Notes under the pieces: generated by a model
Database searches by the model: none
What the model saw: only the letters and a program-made list of their open reading frames with translations
Told to the model about the DNA's origin: nothing
Shown here: piece after piece, positions 1-8,840 of the stretch
Layout of the letters: the number at the start of each line of letters is the position of its first letter
Numbering within the stretch: the first letter of the stretch is position 1
Position numbers and translations under genes: made by a program
IMG/VR virus record: IMGVR_UViG_3300043764_000039
Location: 1-51,592 of that record
Reading direction: 5' to 3' (one strand)
Length of the DNA: 51,592 bases
Origin: a virus
Lineage: Duplodnaviria > Caudoviricetes

Positions 1-50
1 CCCCGGCGTGCGTGCACGCCGGGGCGTTCTAATGTGTACGCCAGAGAGCC
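1..50 (+). repeat. Imperfect terminal direct repeat, copy 1 (47/50 identical to 51543-51592); contains CCCCGGCGTGC-gt-GCACGCCGGGG hairpin
   Basis: Direct comparison of window ends; mismatches at repeat positions 27, 34, 44. Confidence 0.95.
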
Positions 51-78
51 CCCGTCGACTAGAACGACGGGGGCTCTC
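44..78. other. Perfect 14-bp inverted repeat (stem-loop)
   Basis: GAGAGCCCCCGTCG-actagaa-CGACGGGGGCTCTC. Confidence 0.8.
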
Positions 79-246
79 CCGTGGAAGACCCGGGTCGTCC
101 TCCCCGGTCTTCCACGGCACGCGAAGGGGGCGTATCCGGCCGCGCCAACATGGCCGCCCCTACAGCAGCAACTCTACGGTATGAGCCTGACTTGACCAGG
201 GGTGTTATCAAATCCCCAGGAGGGCGTTCGACTGCGACCCCGGGGG

Positions 247-267
247 TTGTGGACTTTATGCGGACCC
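247..267 (+). promoter_or_regulatory. Putative integrase arm-type sites, left of core
   Basis: TTGTGGACTT (247-256) and ATGCGGACCC (258-267), 11-bp period, same motif as 498-518. Confidence 0.65.
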
Positions 268-275
268 TCAAGATC

Positions 276-312
276 AAAAGGAGCCTCGAACCAAGATCTC
301 GTTCGAGGCTCC
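276..312 (-). terminator. Intrinsic terminator downstream of the tRNA 3' half
   Basis: 12-bp stem GGAGCCTCGAAC/GTTCGAGGCTCC followed by TTTT on the minus strand. Confidence 0.8.
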
Positions 313-330
313 ACCGCACGTCAGATACGT

Positions 331-373
331 GAGCCCCCTGTCGGGTTCGAACCGACGACCCCCGCTTTACAAG
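331..373 (-). other. att core: 3' half of tRNA-Thr(TGT), not a complete tRNA
   Basis: Minus strand CTTGTAA-AGCGG-GGGTC-GTCGG-TTCGAAC-CCGAC-AGGGGGCTC = anticodon loop, T arm, acceptor 3' strand; no D arm/5' half; next to integrase 3' end. Confidence 0.9.
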
Positions 374-399
374 AACAGGAAAGCGATGGTGCGAGGTTT

Positions 400-479
400 T
401 GAGAGCCCGAGAGAGGCTCAGAGTGCCTAGTGGAAGCGGCTCAGCCTCCCTCGACTGAGAGTTCGAGAGAGGCTGAGAG
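400..479 (+). repeat. Two 24-bp GAGAG-rich direct repeats in the att arm (candidate Xis/accessory factor sites)
   Basis: TGAGAGCCCGAGAGAGGCTCAGAG (400-423) vs TGAGAGTTCGAGAGAGGCTGAGAG (456-479), 3 mismatches. Confidence 0.65.
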
Positions 480-497
480 AGGATCAGCGATCGGGGT

Positions 498-518
498 TTG
501 TGGACTCGTTGTGGACTC
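498..518 (+). promoter_or_regulatory. Putative integrase arm-type sites, right of core
   Basis: TTGTGGACTC twice (498-507, 509-518). Confidence 0.7.
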
Positions 519-1772
519 TCACGACACAGCTCGAAGCTGCGGCTGACCAGCAGCAACGAGAGCCGACCGCACCGACTCCACCACCTCCGGGCCAGCGTGC
601 TGGTACAGCCACGTGACCGTCGAACCACGGTCGTGCCCCATGATCACCTGAACGTCCTTCTCCGGCACCCCGGCGTCCTTCAGCCGCGTCGCGAACCGGT
701 GACGCAGGTCATGAGGCGTCGGCCACCACTCCATGCGTCCCGTCTCCTGGTTGAGCACCTTCCGCGCGACACCCGCATCCTGGATCGCCTTGATCCACAC
801 CCGCCGGAAGTTGTGCCGCGACAGCACACCCTTGCGCGGCCCGACGAACAGCAGTTCCTCGGGACGCAGGTCCGTACCGTCGCCGACTTCCGACTGCGTC
901 GCCACCGGATGCCACCGCTCAACCATCGCATGCACGGCCGCCATCGCTGTCGGCGTCAGCGGCACCGTGCGGAAGCCGGCGTTCGTCTTCGGCGCCGCCT
1001 GCCGGAACAGCTTGCTGTCGTCCTCGGAGATGATCTCCTTGACGCTGGCGGTCGCCCCCTCCCGGTCGACGTTGCACAGCCGCAGGCCCGTGTACTCGCC
1101 CCAGCGCATCCCCGTCTCGTCCGCGAAGTCGAACAGCGGCTGGTAGTACTCCGGCAGGTTGGCGCGGATCAGCGTGGCCTGCTCATCGGTCGGCGGGGCC
1201 AGCTCCTCGGAGTGCCTCGCGGGCGGTGCTTCCAGCTCGATGCCGAAGGTCGGGTTGCTGCTGATGCGCTTGTCGAGGATCGCGGCCTGGCACATCTTCC
1301 GCATGAACTCCAGCACCTTCTTGCGGGTGTGGTAGCCCTTCACCTCGTTCTGCAGCCAGTCGTCGAGGTCGATGAAGCCGATGCTCGCCAGGGGCCACGC
1401 GCCCCACTTCGGCTGGACGTGGACACTCCAGATCGACTCCTTGCGGCCGCGCGTGGTCGGCCGGCCCTTCTTCTGCTGGGTCTTCCACCACGTCGCGTGG
1501 AAGTCCGCGATCGTCATCTGTCCGCGCTTCGGGTCCAGGTAGGTGCCCTGTCGGACCGTCGTGCGGACCTGGTCGAGGAAGGCGTCCGCCTCCCCCTTCT
1601 TCTCGAAGTTCCGCGCCTTCTGCTTGCCGTCCGGCCCGCGGTACCGGGCCTGCCAGGCTCCGATGCAGTCACGGCGCTTCTTGCGGTCGCCCGGGAACTC
1701 CTCCAGGCAGAGCTTGCAGCCGCACGACTTCGAACGGATCTGGCGCGGGTTGTTGAGCGCCCTACGAGGCAA
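519..1772 (-). CDS. int: Tyrosine integrase
   Basis: TGMRWGE, HDLRH, MGH and Tyr catalytic motifs; N-terminal WQARYR arm-binding region; TTG start at 1772 chosen (ORF open to 1883). Confidence 0.95.
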   Translation of the reverse strand: MPRRALNNPRQIRSKSCGCKLCLEEFPGDRKKRRDCIGAWQARYRGPDGKQKARNFEKKGEADAFLDQVRTTVRQGTYLDPKRGQMTIADFHATWWKTQQKKGRPTTRGRKESIWSVHVQPKWGAWPLASIGFIDLDDWLQNEVKGYHTRKKVLEFMRKMCQAAILDKRISSNPTFGIELEAPPARHSEELAPPTDEQATLIRANLPEYYQPLFDFADETGMRWGEYTGLRLCNVDREGATASVKEIISEDDSKLFRQAAPKTNAGFRTVPLTPTAMAAVHAMVERWHPVATQSEVGDGTDLRPEELLFVGPRKGVLSRHNFRRVWIKAIQDAGVARKVLNQETGRMEWWPTPHDLRHRFATRLKDAGVPEKDVQVIMGHDRGSTVTWLYQHAGPEVVESVRSALVAAGQPQLRAVS

Positions 1773-2025
1773 CGTAGGCCCCTTCGCTGGTGTGCCGTTG
1801 AACGGGCACCCCAAAGACACGAACAGGCGCCCCACAGAAGCAGCTTGCCCCATCGCGGGGCTGCGGGATGCCAAGTTCGGCAAGGATCATCCGGACCAGC
1901 GCGAGGCTGCTGGCATAGCTGAGGCCGGCCGGGATGGTGACGATGAAGAGGTCGTGCGGCTCGACAGTGACGCGCCTGTAGGGCCTGACGATTGGCTTGA
2001 CGGTCTGGTGGACGATGGTGCACAT
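1762..2025 (-). CDS. Small hypothetical protein between repressor and integrase (CFCG motif)
   Basis: ORF overlapping int start; start uncertain (2025 or 2055). Confidence 0.65.
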   Translation of the reverse strand: MCTIVHQTVKPIVRPYRRVTVEPHDLFIVTIPAGLSYASSLALVRMILAELGIPQPRDGASCFCGAPVRVFGVPVQRHTSEGAYVAS

Positions 2026-2205
2026 GCGGAACGTCCCCCTCTGGGCATGGGGCATGCGGTGCCGTCAGGGCCGCTGGGGGAGGACGGTGCAGCGGCGTCT
2101 CGTGGTGTGTCTGGGCACACGAACATAGCGCCAACAGAGCGTCAGCGCGAGCGTTCAACGGCTATCAATAAGCCCAGGTTGTGAGACTTTTTGTCATATG
2201 CCAGG

Positions 2206-2574
2206 TCAGTCGATGTCCCGGGCGGCGAGTGCGCCCATCTGGAGCTCGACGATGCGCTGTTCCTCTGCGGAGAGCTTGCGGTAGAGCTCGAGGATGCGCT
2301 GCTCGGCGTCGGGGCTGAGCTGGCCAGGGGTGCGCCGGTTGGCGGCTGCGAAGACCCGGTCGCGCGGCTCGGAGAGCGCATCGGCGAGCTTGTCGCAGGA
2401 TCGCCGAGAGGGGACGCGGATCCCGTTCGCCCAGGCATTGACGGCGGAGATGGACACGCCGGCTCGGCGCGCGATCTCGGTCTGAGTCAGCTCGGGACGT
2501 GCGTCCTGGACTCGCCGGATCAGCTGCGGGAGCGTCTCGCTACTCGCGTCAACCGTGTCCATGTCGGCAAGCAT
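2206..2574 (-). CDS. XRE-family HTH immunity repressor (no S24 protease domain)
   Basis: LTQTEIARRAGVSISAVNAWANG HTH; divergent from Cro-like gene. Confidence 0.88.
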   Translation of the reverse strand: MLADMDTVDASSETLPQLIRRVQDARPELTQTEIARRAGVSISAVNAWANGIRVPSRRSCDKLADALSEPRDRVFAAANRRTPGQLSPDAEQRILELYRKLSAEEQRIVELQMGALAARDID

Positions 2575-2636
2575 GCCGGACGCCCTTCCACATACACAAG
2601 CCGAACGTGGAAGGGTGGCGAGTTCTCGCCCCAGCT

Positions 2637-2652
2637 TAGAACATCTGTTCGC
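2637..2652. promoter_or_regulatory. Putative LexA (SOS) box
   Basis: TAGAAC-ATCT-GTTCGC vs actinobacterial consensus TCGAAC-N4-GTTCGA; perfect GAAC-N4-GTTC core. Confidence 0.65.
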
Positions 2653-2698
2653 ACCGGGCGACCCATCGAAGATCTACCCAGTTCTCACCACTTCTACC

Positions 2699-2733
2699 TT
2701 GACCACCTTCCACATTCCATGTAGAAATGTGGA
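2699..2733 (+). promoter_or_regulatory. Early rightward promoter with overlapping operator
   Basis: TTGACC-17bp-TAGAAA; inverted repeat TCCACATT-N9-AATGTGGA (2709-2733); related CCCTTCCAC/GTGGAAGGG repeat at 2583-2615. Confidence 0.65.
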
Positions 2734-2778
2734 TGTCGGCAGCAACCAGCCGCCGACCTCGAAGACCGCGAGGTAGCC

Positions 2779-3066
2779 ATGTCCCTCCTGCACCGCAAGA
2801 GCAACGGCAAGCCGATCCGCGAGGCCATCGAGGCATCCGGGAAGACGCTGCACGAGCTCGCCGCGGCCACCCGGGAGGCCGACGAAACCGGCCGAGGCAT
2901 AAGCAAATCGGCCATCGGCATGCTGGCCGCCGAGAGCGAGTCCGCCAGGGAGCGATGCCGCCTCCGGACGGCGTGGCTACTGGCCACCGTCCTGAACGAG
3001 CCGCTCCAGGACTTGTTCAGCATGCCCCCAGCTTCCACTTCCACAAAGGAAAGGGCAATAGCATGA
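2779..3066 (+). CDS. Cro-like HTH protein
   Basis: First early gene, SD GAGG, ISKSAIGMLA helix, LQDLF end. Confidence 0.8.
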   Translation: MSLLHRKSNGKPIREAIEASGKTLHELAAATREADETGRGISKSAIGMLAAESESARERCRLRTAWLLATVLNEPLQDLFSMPPASTSTKERAIA

Positions 3067-3311
3067 GCGTCGCCGCCACGCTCCCCGTCCCCCTGCTCAC
3101 GCAGTCGGAGCTTGAGACGTACTACCGCGTCTCGGACTGGACCGTGAACAAGTGGGTCCGCGAGGGCTGCCCCGTCGAGCGACTCCGGAGCGGCAGCCGC
3201 CGCTTCGACCTGGACAAGGTCCGGGCGTGGCACGCCGGCGAGGACGGCGGGGCGGCCAAGCAGGCCATGGCCGCCCGATCCCAGCGCGCGCTGTCGCGCC
3301 GCTCCGCCTGA
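3063..3311 (+). CDS. xis: Excisionase-like winged-helix protein
   Basis: LLTQSELETYYRVSDWTVNKW...RRFDLDKV pattern; ATGA overlap. Confidence 0.75.
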   Translation: MSVAATLPVPLLTQSELETYYRVSDWTVNKWVREGCPVERLRSGSRRFDLDKVRAWHAGEDGGAAKQAMAARSQRALSRRSA

Positions 3312-3403
3312 CCCACCCCCAATGCGTGGGCGGGCCGCCCCGGATTGCGACCCCGGGGGCGACCCAGAGCCCACCACCCCACCCAAGAAGGAGGAGGCAG
3401 GCC

Positions 3404-3742
3404 ATGAGCCAGCCTATCCACCGCGGCGCCCCGACGGCGCCCGTGGTGCACAACATCCCCGCCCCGGCCGCGATCGTGGCCGCGAGCATCCACGAGCTGA
3501 ACGAGCTCTGGGTGTCGGCGCCCGGCCGGCGTTCGATGGCCGTCAGCGGCCGGTACGAGACCCGCGGCGGCGCCCGGTACTGCCTGGGCGGCCTGCGCTG
3601 GCGGGTCTGGGTCGGCGACCTGGCGATGGTCCTGGTCACGAGCATGCCGGAGTGCGACGCGCTGCCGGACCTGCCGGTGGTGCGCGCCGCCGGGTCGATC
3701 GCCCGCCCGTCCGTCACGGCCGAGAGTGCGGTGGCGGCGTGA
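3404..3742 (+). CDS. Hypothetical protein
   Basis: SD GGAGG, GC3-biased ORF. Confidence 0.7.
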   Translation: MSQPIHRGAPTAPVVHNIPAPAAIVAASIHELNELWVSAPGRRSMAVSGRYETRGGARYCLGGLRWRVWVGDLAMVLVTSMPECDALPDLPVVRAAGSIARPSVTAESAVAA

Positions 3743-3966
3743 ACGCTGACCAGTTCTTCATCTCGGCGCAGGAGGGCGACACGGTCACCGTGGTGACGCC
3801 GGGCCGGCCGGAGCTGTACGGCTACGTGCACAGCATCAACTCCCGGCGGACCAGCGCCCTCCTCGACAACCTGCCGGACGCGCGTCCGTACGTGCTGCTG
3901 CTGGAGTTCGACGGCCGCCGCGGCGCGGAGATCACCATCCACCCGCGGATCGGTGGTGACTGGTGA
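3739..3966 (+). CDS. Hypothetical protein
   Basis: GTGA overlaps both sides. Confidence 0.7.
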   Translation: MNADQFFISAQEGDTVTVVTPGRPELYGYVHSINSRRTSALLDNLPDARPYVLLLEFDGRRGAEITIHPRIGGDW

Positions 3967-4151
3967 CCGCCTCCGACGTCGTCTGCTTCGTGGCCGCCGG
4001 CGCCGTGTTCGCGCTGATCATCCCCGCCGCACGCGCCGATCAGGTCCGGCAGGCCCGGCGAGAGGGCCCGAAGTGCCCGTGTGGCTGCGGTCGGACGCCG
4101 GGCGCGCACAACGAACCGCTGACGCCGCCCCAGGTGCGGAGGCTGCCGTGA
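3963..4151 (+). CDS. Small membrane protein with CPCGC motif
   Basis: Coupled ORF, hydrophobic N-terminus. Confidence 0.6.
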   Translation: MTASDVVCFVAAGAVFALIIPAARADQVRQARREGPKCPCGCGRTPGAHNEPLTPPQVRRLP

Positions 4152-4291
4152 TCTTCGCCGTGATCTGCCTGGGCGCCATGTGCATCGTCATCCAGGCCGT
4201 GCTGCGCGGCCTGTTCGCCGCCGCCCGGTGCGTGTGCACCGCCCTCGGCCTCCCCCTCGCCACCGACGACCGCACGAAGGAGCGCTCCTGA
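4148..4291 (+). CDS. Small membrane protein
   Basis: Coupled hydrophobic ORF. Confidence 0.55.
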   Translation: MIFAVICLGAMCIVIQAVLRGLFAAARCVCTALGLPLATDDRTKERS

Positions 4292-4716
4292 TGTTCCACC
4301 TGCCCACCGTCCCGTTCCTGCCCGCGTCGCTGCGCCGCCGGCCGGTCGCCGAGCCCGCGCCGAAGCCGGAGCCGTGGCCCGCCAACCCCCGCACCTACGG
4401 CGACGACCTGCGCGCCTCGCAGGCCAACGAGGCCCGGCTGTCCGCGCTGCTGGTGAAGGCCCGGCAGGAAGCCGACGTGCAGGCCGCGCGGGCCGCCGCG
4501 TTCGAGCAGCGCGCCGAGCGCGCCGAGGCCGCCCTGGGGCTCGCTCGGACGCAGGGAGCAAACCTGCACCGAGACCTGCGCGAGGTGGCCGACGAGTGCG
4601 ACCGGCTGGAGACCGCGAACGCCCGGCTGCGCCAGCAGCTCGACAAGTCCTTCGGTTACAGCGAGGCCGAGATCGCCGCGATCGAGTCCGGCACCGGCCA
4701 GCCCCGCAAGGCCTGA
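4291..4716 (+). CDS. Coiled-coil hypothetical protein
   Basis: SD AAGGAG, TGATG overlap. Confidence 0.7.
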   Translation: MFHLPTVPFLPASLRRRPVAEPAPKPEPWPANPRTYGDDLRASQANEARLSALLVKARQEADVQAARAAAFEQRAERAEAALGLARTQGANLHRDLREVADECDRLETANARLRQQLDKSFGYSEAEIAAIESGTGQPRKA

Positions 4717-4774
4717 CACCCCCCCGTACTTCCGCCGGGCGCCCCACGCGCCCGGCCCACCACGGAGACACCCG

Positions 4775-5875
4775 ATGAGCACTGAGATCGTCCAGGCCGG
4801 CGGCGCCCTCGCCATCCGGCCCGACCAGACCGAGTGGACCCCCGCGCAGTCCGCTGTCCTGCGGCAGTCCGGGATCAGCGACGACGTAACCCCCGCCGAG
4901 CTGTCCGGGTTCCTGCACCTGTGCCAGCGCACCCAGCTCGACCCGTTCTCCCGCCAGATCTACCTGATCGGCCGCAAGGACAAGCGCGCCGGCCGGACCG
5001 TGTTCACGCCGCAGACCGGCATCGACGGGTACCGCGTCATCGCGCACCGCGTCATCGCCGAGGCCCGACAGCAGTTCGGCTACGAGGACACCCAGTGGTG
5101 CGACCAGTCCGGCCGCTGGCGTGACGTGTGGCTGGCCAACGAGCCGCCCGCCGCCGCCCGGGTCACGGTCATCCGCAACGGGCACCGGTTCCCCGCGATC
5201 GCCCTGTACCGCGAGTACGTGCAGACCGGGTGGGAGAACAAGCCCACCGGCCTGTGGGGCAAGATGCCGGCCAGCCAGCTCGCGAAGTGCGCCGAGGCGC
5301 TGGCGCTGCGGAAGGCGTTCCCGCACGACCTGGCGGGCGTCTACACGGCCGAGGAGATGGCGCAGGCCGACAACCCGGCCCCGGAGAACCGGGGGCCCGC
5401 GACCGTGCGGCAGCTGCGTCCCACGCAGCCCAGCGAGCCGAACTCGCAGACCGACGGGCCCGCGGTGGACGGTCCGGGCGCGGCTCAGCCGGAGCCCGGC
5501 GCCGCTCTGCGTGAGTTCCTGCGCGAGGCGCTCGACGCGCCCGACGCGGCGGCGGTCCGCCAGATCTGGCGGGACGCGCAGGCGTTCGGCTCTCACCCGG
5601 ACTACCTGGGGCAGATTGCCGAGGTCGGCCGCCAGAAGGCCGCGGAGGCGGCGGAGGCTGCGACGCCGGACGCCGCCGTGGTGGACGCCGAGATCGTCGT
5701 CGAGCCGGACGAGCACGCGACCGCGCTGGGCGACCTGCGGGCCGCCGCGCTCGCCGCCGGCATCGCCCCGACGCTGGACGCCGACTTCAAGCAGTCGTAC
5801 GGCGTCCCGCCGGCCGAGGCCAGCGTCGAGCAGCTGCGCGAGATGACCGGGCTCCTGACGGGGGCCGCCGCGTGA
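4775..5875 (+). CDS. bet: Single-strand annealing protein, Bet/RecT family
   Basis: LDPFSRQIY, TGIDGYR, WGKMPASQLAKCAEALALRKAFP motifs. Confidence 0.92.
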   Translation: MSTEIVQAGGALAIRPDQTEWTPAQSAVLRQSGISDDVTPAELSGFLHLCQRTQLDPFSRQIYLIGRKDKRAGRTVFTPQTGIDGYRVIAHRVIAEARQQFGYEDTQWCDQSGRWRDVWLANEPPAAARVTVIRNGHRFPAIALYREYVQTGWENKPTGLWGKMPASQLAKCAEALALRKAFPHDLAGVYTAEEMAQADNPAPENRGPATVRQLRPTQPSEPNSQTDGPAVDGPGAAQPEPGAALREFLREALDAPDAAAVRQIWRDAQAFGSHPDYLGQIAEVGRQKAAEAAEAATPDAAVVDAEIVVEPDEHATALGDLRAAALAAGIAPTLDADFKQSYGVPPAEASVEQLREMTGLLTGAAA

Positions 5876-6417
5876 GCCTCAAGGACGCCGCCATCCGGGC
5901 CGCCGTACTGGGCGCGCTCGCGGACCGCATCAACGACGAGCTCGTGACCGCGAAGTCCGAGCTCCAGGCTGAGCTGAAGAAGGCCAAGGCGGAAACGGGG
6001 ACGCGTCAGGTCGGCGCCGAGCTCCCCGACGGCCGCACGGTCGCCAAGGTCACCCTGGTCACGCCGGATCCGGCCGCGAAGGTCACCGACCCGGAGGCGT
6101 TCCTGGCCTGGGTGCGGGACAACCGGCCCGACCACATCGAGCGGAAATTCGTCACGGAGGTCCGGCCCGCGTTCGTGAAAGCGCTGCTGGCCGAGATGAC
6201 CGCCGCTGGCGTCGCGCAGTGGTGCGACAAGGAAACCGGCGAAGTGCACTCGGTCCCCGGGGTTCAGCTCCAAGGACGAGCCGCGTACCACCGGGTGACG
6301 TTCGAGAAGGACGCCGCGGACCTGGTGGCGGAGGCGTGGGCTTCCGGCCAGTTGGCCGGCCTGGTCCTGCCGCAGATCACCGCCGCACCCGCTGACACCA
6401 CCAACACCACCAACTGA
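5872..6417 (+). CDS. Hypothetical protein coupled to bet
   Basis: GTGA overlap, GC3 bias. Confidence 0.8.
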   Translation: MSLKDAAIRAAVLGALADRINDELVTAKSELQAELKKAKAETGTRQVGAELPDGRTVAKVTLVTPDPAAKVTDPEAFLAWVRDNRPDHIERKFVTEVRPAFVKALLAEMTAAGVAQWCDKETGEVHSVPGVQLQGRAAYHRVTFEKDAADLVAEAWASGQLAGLVLPQITAAPADTTNTTN

Positions 6418-6433
6418 CTCAAGGAGAGCCGCC

Positions 6434-7060
6434 ATGGGCTACGACATGTACACCGTGCAGGGCGCGGACCAGGCCGAGAACGAGGCCGTCGCTGCTGCCC
6501 GCCGATTCATCGACAACCTGCCCAAGCCGTGGGACCAGCCCGAGGGCACCGAGCGGGACGCCGCCCAGAAGCAGTGGGACGACGCCTGGCGCGCCTTCGA
6601 CCGAGCCCAGACCTCGTACTTCCGGCTCAACATCTGGGGCATGTCGGCCTGCGTCGACCTGATGGCCGACCTCGGCATGATGACCGACGAGGACGCCCCG
6701 AAGTTCCCGTCCCCGGCCGACTACGGGCTGACGGAGTACCCCGACGACCCGGCCGACTACGAGGGCGACGAGCGCGCCGCGATCGAGGCGAAGCTGACCG
6801 ACGCCGACCGGCAGTTCCTCGCCGCGTGCCGGGCCGTCGTGGACTACGAGCCGGAGCCCGTCGGCGGCATCCCGGTCGGCAAGTTCAGCAGCAACGACGG
6901 CTGGTTGGTGACCCCCCGCCAGATCGCCGCCGCCCTGGAGGCGTACGCCGCCGCGACCGAGGGCGCCCGCGCGGCCGCCACGGCCAAGCGCGAGTGGTTC
7001 GCGGACTGGATCGCCTGGCTGGGCCACGCGAAGGACCGCGGTGGCTTCCGCGTCCGCTGA
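6434..7060 (+). CDS. Hypothetical protein
   Basis: SD AAGGAG; MGYDMY...GGFRVR. Confidence 0.8.
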   Translation: MGYDMYTVQGADQAENEAVAAARRFIDNLPKPWDQPEGTERDAAQKQWDDAWRAFDRAQTSYFRLNIWGMSACVDLMADLGMMTDEDAPKFPSPADYGLTEYPDDPADYEGDERAAIEAKLTDADRQFLAACRAVVDYEPEPVGGIPVGKFSSNDGWLVTPRQIAAALEAYAAATEGARAAATAKREWFADWIAWLGHAKDRGGFRVR

Positions 7061-7066
7061 CCAGCT

Positions 7067-7097
7067 TGGGGCCGCCCGCGGGTATCGGGCGGCCCCA
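7067..7097 (+). terminator. 12-bp GC stem-loop after stop codon
   Basis: TGGGGCCGCCCG/CGGGCGGCCCCA. Confidence 0.55.
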
Positions 7098-7133
7098 CCC
7101 CCAGCAGACCACACACCGAACGGAGACATCACC

Positions 7134-7442
7134 TTGGACGCCGACCTGGAGCGCGCCCGCGCCGTCGCGGTCGCCCTGGAGCAGGAGCTGGCGCGCGTGC
7201 GCGAACTGGCCGCCACCGTCGCGGACCGGTGGGCGGAGATCGCGGAGGGCATGCGAGTGCTCGCCGCTGTCGCCGAACCCGACGACCTGATCGGACACAT
7301 CCGCGCCGACCGCGCCCGCCTCCTCCACGGCGCTGCCCGGGACCTGCGCTGGGTCCTCGCCAACGACACCATCCCGCACTGGCTGATGACCAACGAGGAG
7401 CTCGGCGAGCCCGAGTCCGAGCCCGCTGGCGGTGCGTCATGA
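7134..7442 (+). CDS. Hypothetical protein
   Basis: SD GGAG, TTG start. Confidence 0.65.
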   Translation: MDADLERARAVAVALEQELARVRELAATVADRWAEIAEGMRVLAAVAEPDDLIGHIRADRARLLHGAARDLRWVLANDTIPHWLMTNEELGEPESEPAGGAS

Positions 7443-7975
7443 CGGCTCTGACGCCCGAGGAGCGCGGCGCCCTCGCCGAGCGGCTGCTGCCCGTCGCCGC
7501 GCGGCTCGCCTGTGTGGTGCACGGCGATGGTGACCATCACGACATCACCCACCACACGCAGCGGCTCGACCGGGCCGAGCTGGTCGCGCTGATCGTGGTC
7601 CTGGCCGGCCTGGTCGACCCCGAGCAGCGCGTGTCCGACGCCCTCGGCTACGTCACCTGGGACGAGCACGGCCGTCCCGCGCCGGCCGCCGACGCGGGGA
7701 CGGGCACCATCCGCGGCCTCGCCGCCCAGATCCGCGGCCCCGAGACGCTCGGCGCCGACATGGTCACCCACTCGGAGCGGGTCCAGCGCGCCCGGCACCT
7801 GTACCTGCACGACGGCCTGACCGTGGCCGAGGTCGCCCGCCAGCTCGGGGCCGCGCCCCGGACGGTGCGGGAGTGGTGCGCCGCGGGTGGCTGGCGGCAG
7901 GCGCCCGCGATCACGGAGGCCGACGTACGGCCGAGCAAGCGGCGGCCCGCGCAGGTGCAGGCGGTGGCGTCATGA
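7439..7975 (+). CDS. Protein with C-terminal HTH
   Basis: GLTVAEVARQLGAAPRTVREW. Confidence 0.75.
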   Translation: MTALTPEERGALAERLLPVAARLACVVHGDGDHHDITHHTQRLDRAELVALIVVLAGLVDPEQRVSDALGYVTWDEHGRPAPAADAGTGTIRGLAAQIRGPETLGADMVTHSERVQRARHLYLHDGLTVAEVARQLGAAPRTVREWCAAGGWRQAPAITEADVRPSKRRPAQVQAVAS

Positions 7976-8316
7976 CGGCCGTCATCGCCAACCCGGCGCG
8001 CTGGACGCGCCGCGCCGTCTGCCGCGGCTACGAGGACGTGTTCTTCCCCGAGGGCAAGGGGCAGCACCTCCGGCACCGGACGGAGCGCGCCAAGCGCTTC
8101 TGCGCCGTCTGCCCGGTCCGCCGCGAGTGCCTGGAGCTGGCGCTGGCCGAGGAGGGCAACGCGGCGGCTGGCGCCCGGTACGGCGTGTGGGGTGGCTGCA
8201 CCCCCGCGGAGCGCCGCCGGATCTGGGAGCAGCGCCAACGCCGCGCCGCTCTCGGCCTCGACGGCCAGACCGAGATGACCACCCAACTCGCCCACCGCCA
8301 GGGAGACGCAGCATGA
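7972..8316 (+). CDS. WhiB-family Fe-S transcription factor
   Basis: C...FFP...CAVCPVRREC...GVWGG. Confidence 0.93.
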   Translation: MTAVIANPARWTRRAVCRGYEDVFFPEGKGQHLRHRTERAKRFCAVCPVRRECLELALAEEGNAAAGARYGVWGGCTPAERRRIWEQRQRRAALGLDGQTEMTTQLAHRQGDAA

Positions 8317-8738
8317 CCACCGTCGCCTACACCGTCCTCGCCGAGGACGGCCCGGTCACCGTCCAGGCCCAGCCCGCCACGCCCGGCCTCTACGTCTACG
8401 AGCAGGCGGACACGGTCGACGTTGGCGCCCCCTGCCGCTGGCGCCTCGGCCACCACTCCGGCCTGCAGATCGCCCGCTTCCGCAGCGCCGAAGACGCGCA
8501 CCGCGGAGCCGCCATGCTCGCCGACTGGACCACCTGGACCGACGACGCCGACAACCTCCGGGGCAGCATCGCCAGCCGCCAGGACCGAACCGAGTTCCTG
8601 CTGATCATCCAGGACATGGGCGGCCACCTGGGGAACTGCGCCCACCCGGCGCCCGACCCGGGCTGGCCGATCCGCGGTGGCCACGGCGAATCCTGCGCAC
8701 ACGCGGCGGGCATCAGCTGCCGCTGCACCTGCGACTGA
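8313..8738 (+). CDS. Hypothetical protein
   Basis: ATGA overlap, SD GGAG. Confidence 0.7.
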   Translation: MTTVAYTVLAEDGPVTVQAQPATPGLYVYEQADTVDVGAPCRWRLGHHSGLQIARFRSAEDAHRGAAMLADWTTWTDDADNLRGSIASRQDRTEFLLIIQDMGGHLGNCAHPAPDPGWPIRGGHGESCAHAAGISCRCTCD

Positions 8739-8840
8739 CCGCACCGCCCTGTACGGCCCGTGGCGGGGCCGGCCGCGATCCCCCCGCCACGGGCGCACCA
8801 CCCCCACCCGCACCAGCAGCACCCCGGAGAGAAGTCGCAC

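Noticed and set aside
1-50. Terminal 50-bp repeat as attL/attR core or as circular-assembly overlap
   Set aside because: Three mismatches, and a far better att core with arm sites sits at 331-373.
233-246. 14-bp match TGCGACCCCGGGGG also at 3346-3359
   Set aside because: Almost all G/C; two copies are compatible with chance.
331-373. Complete tRNA-Thr gene
   Set aside because: Only anticodon loop to acceptor 3' strand is present; upstream sequence forms no D arm or 5' acceptor strand.
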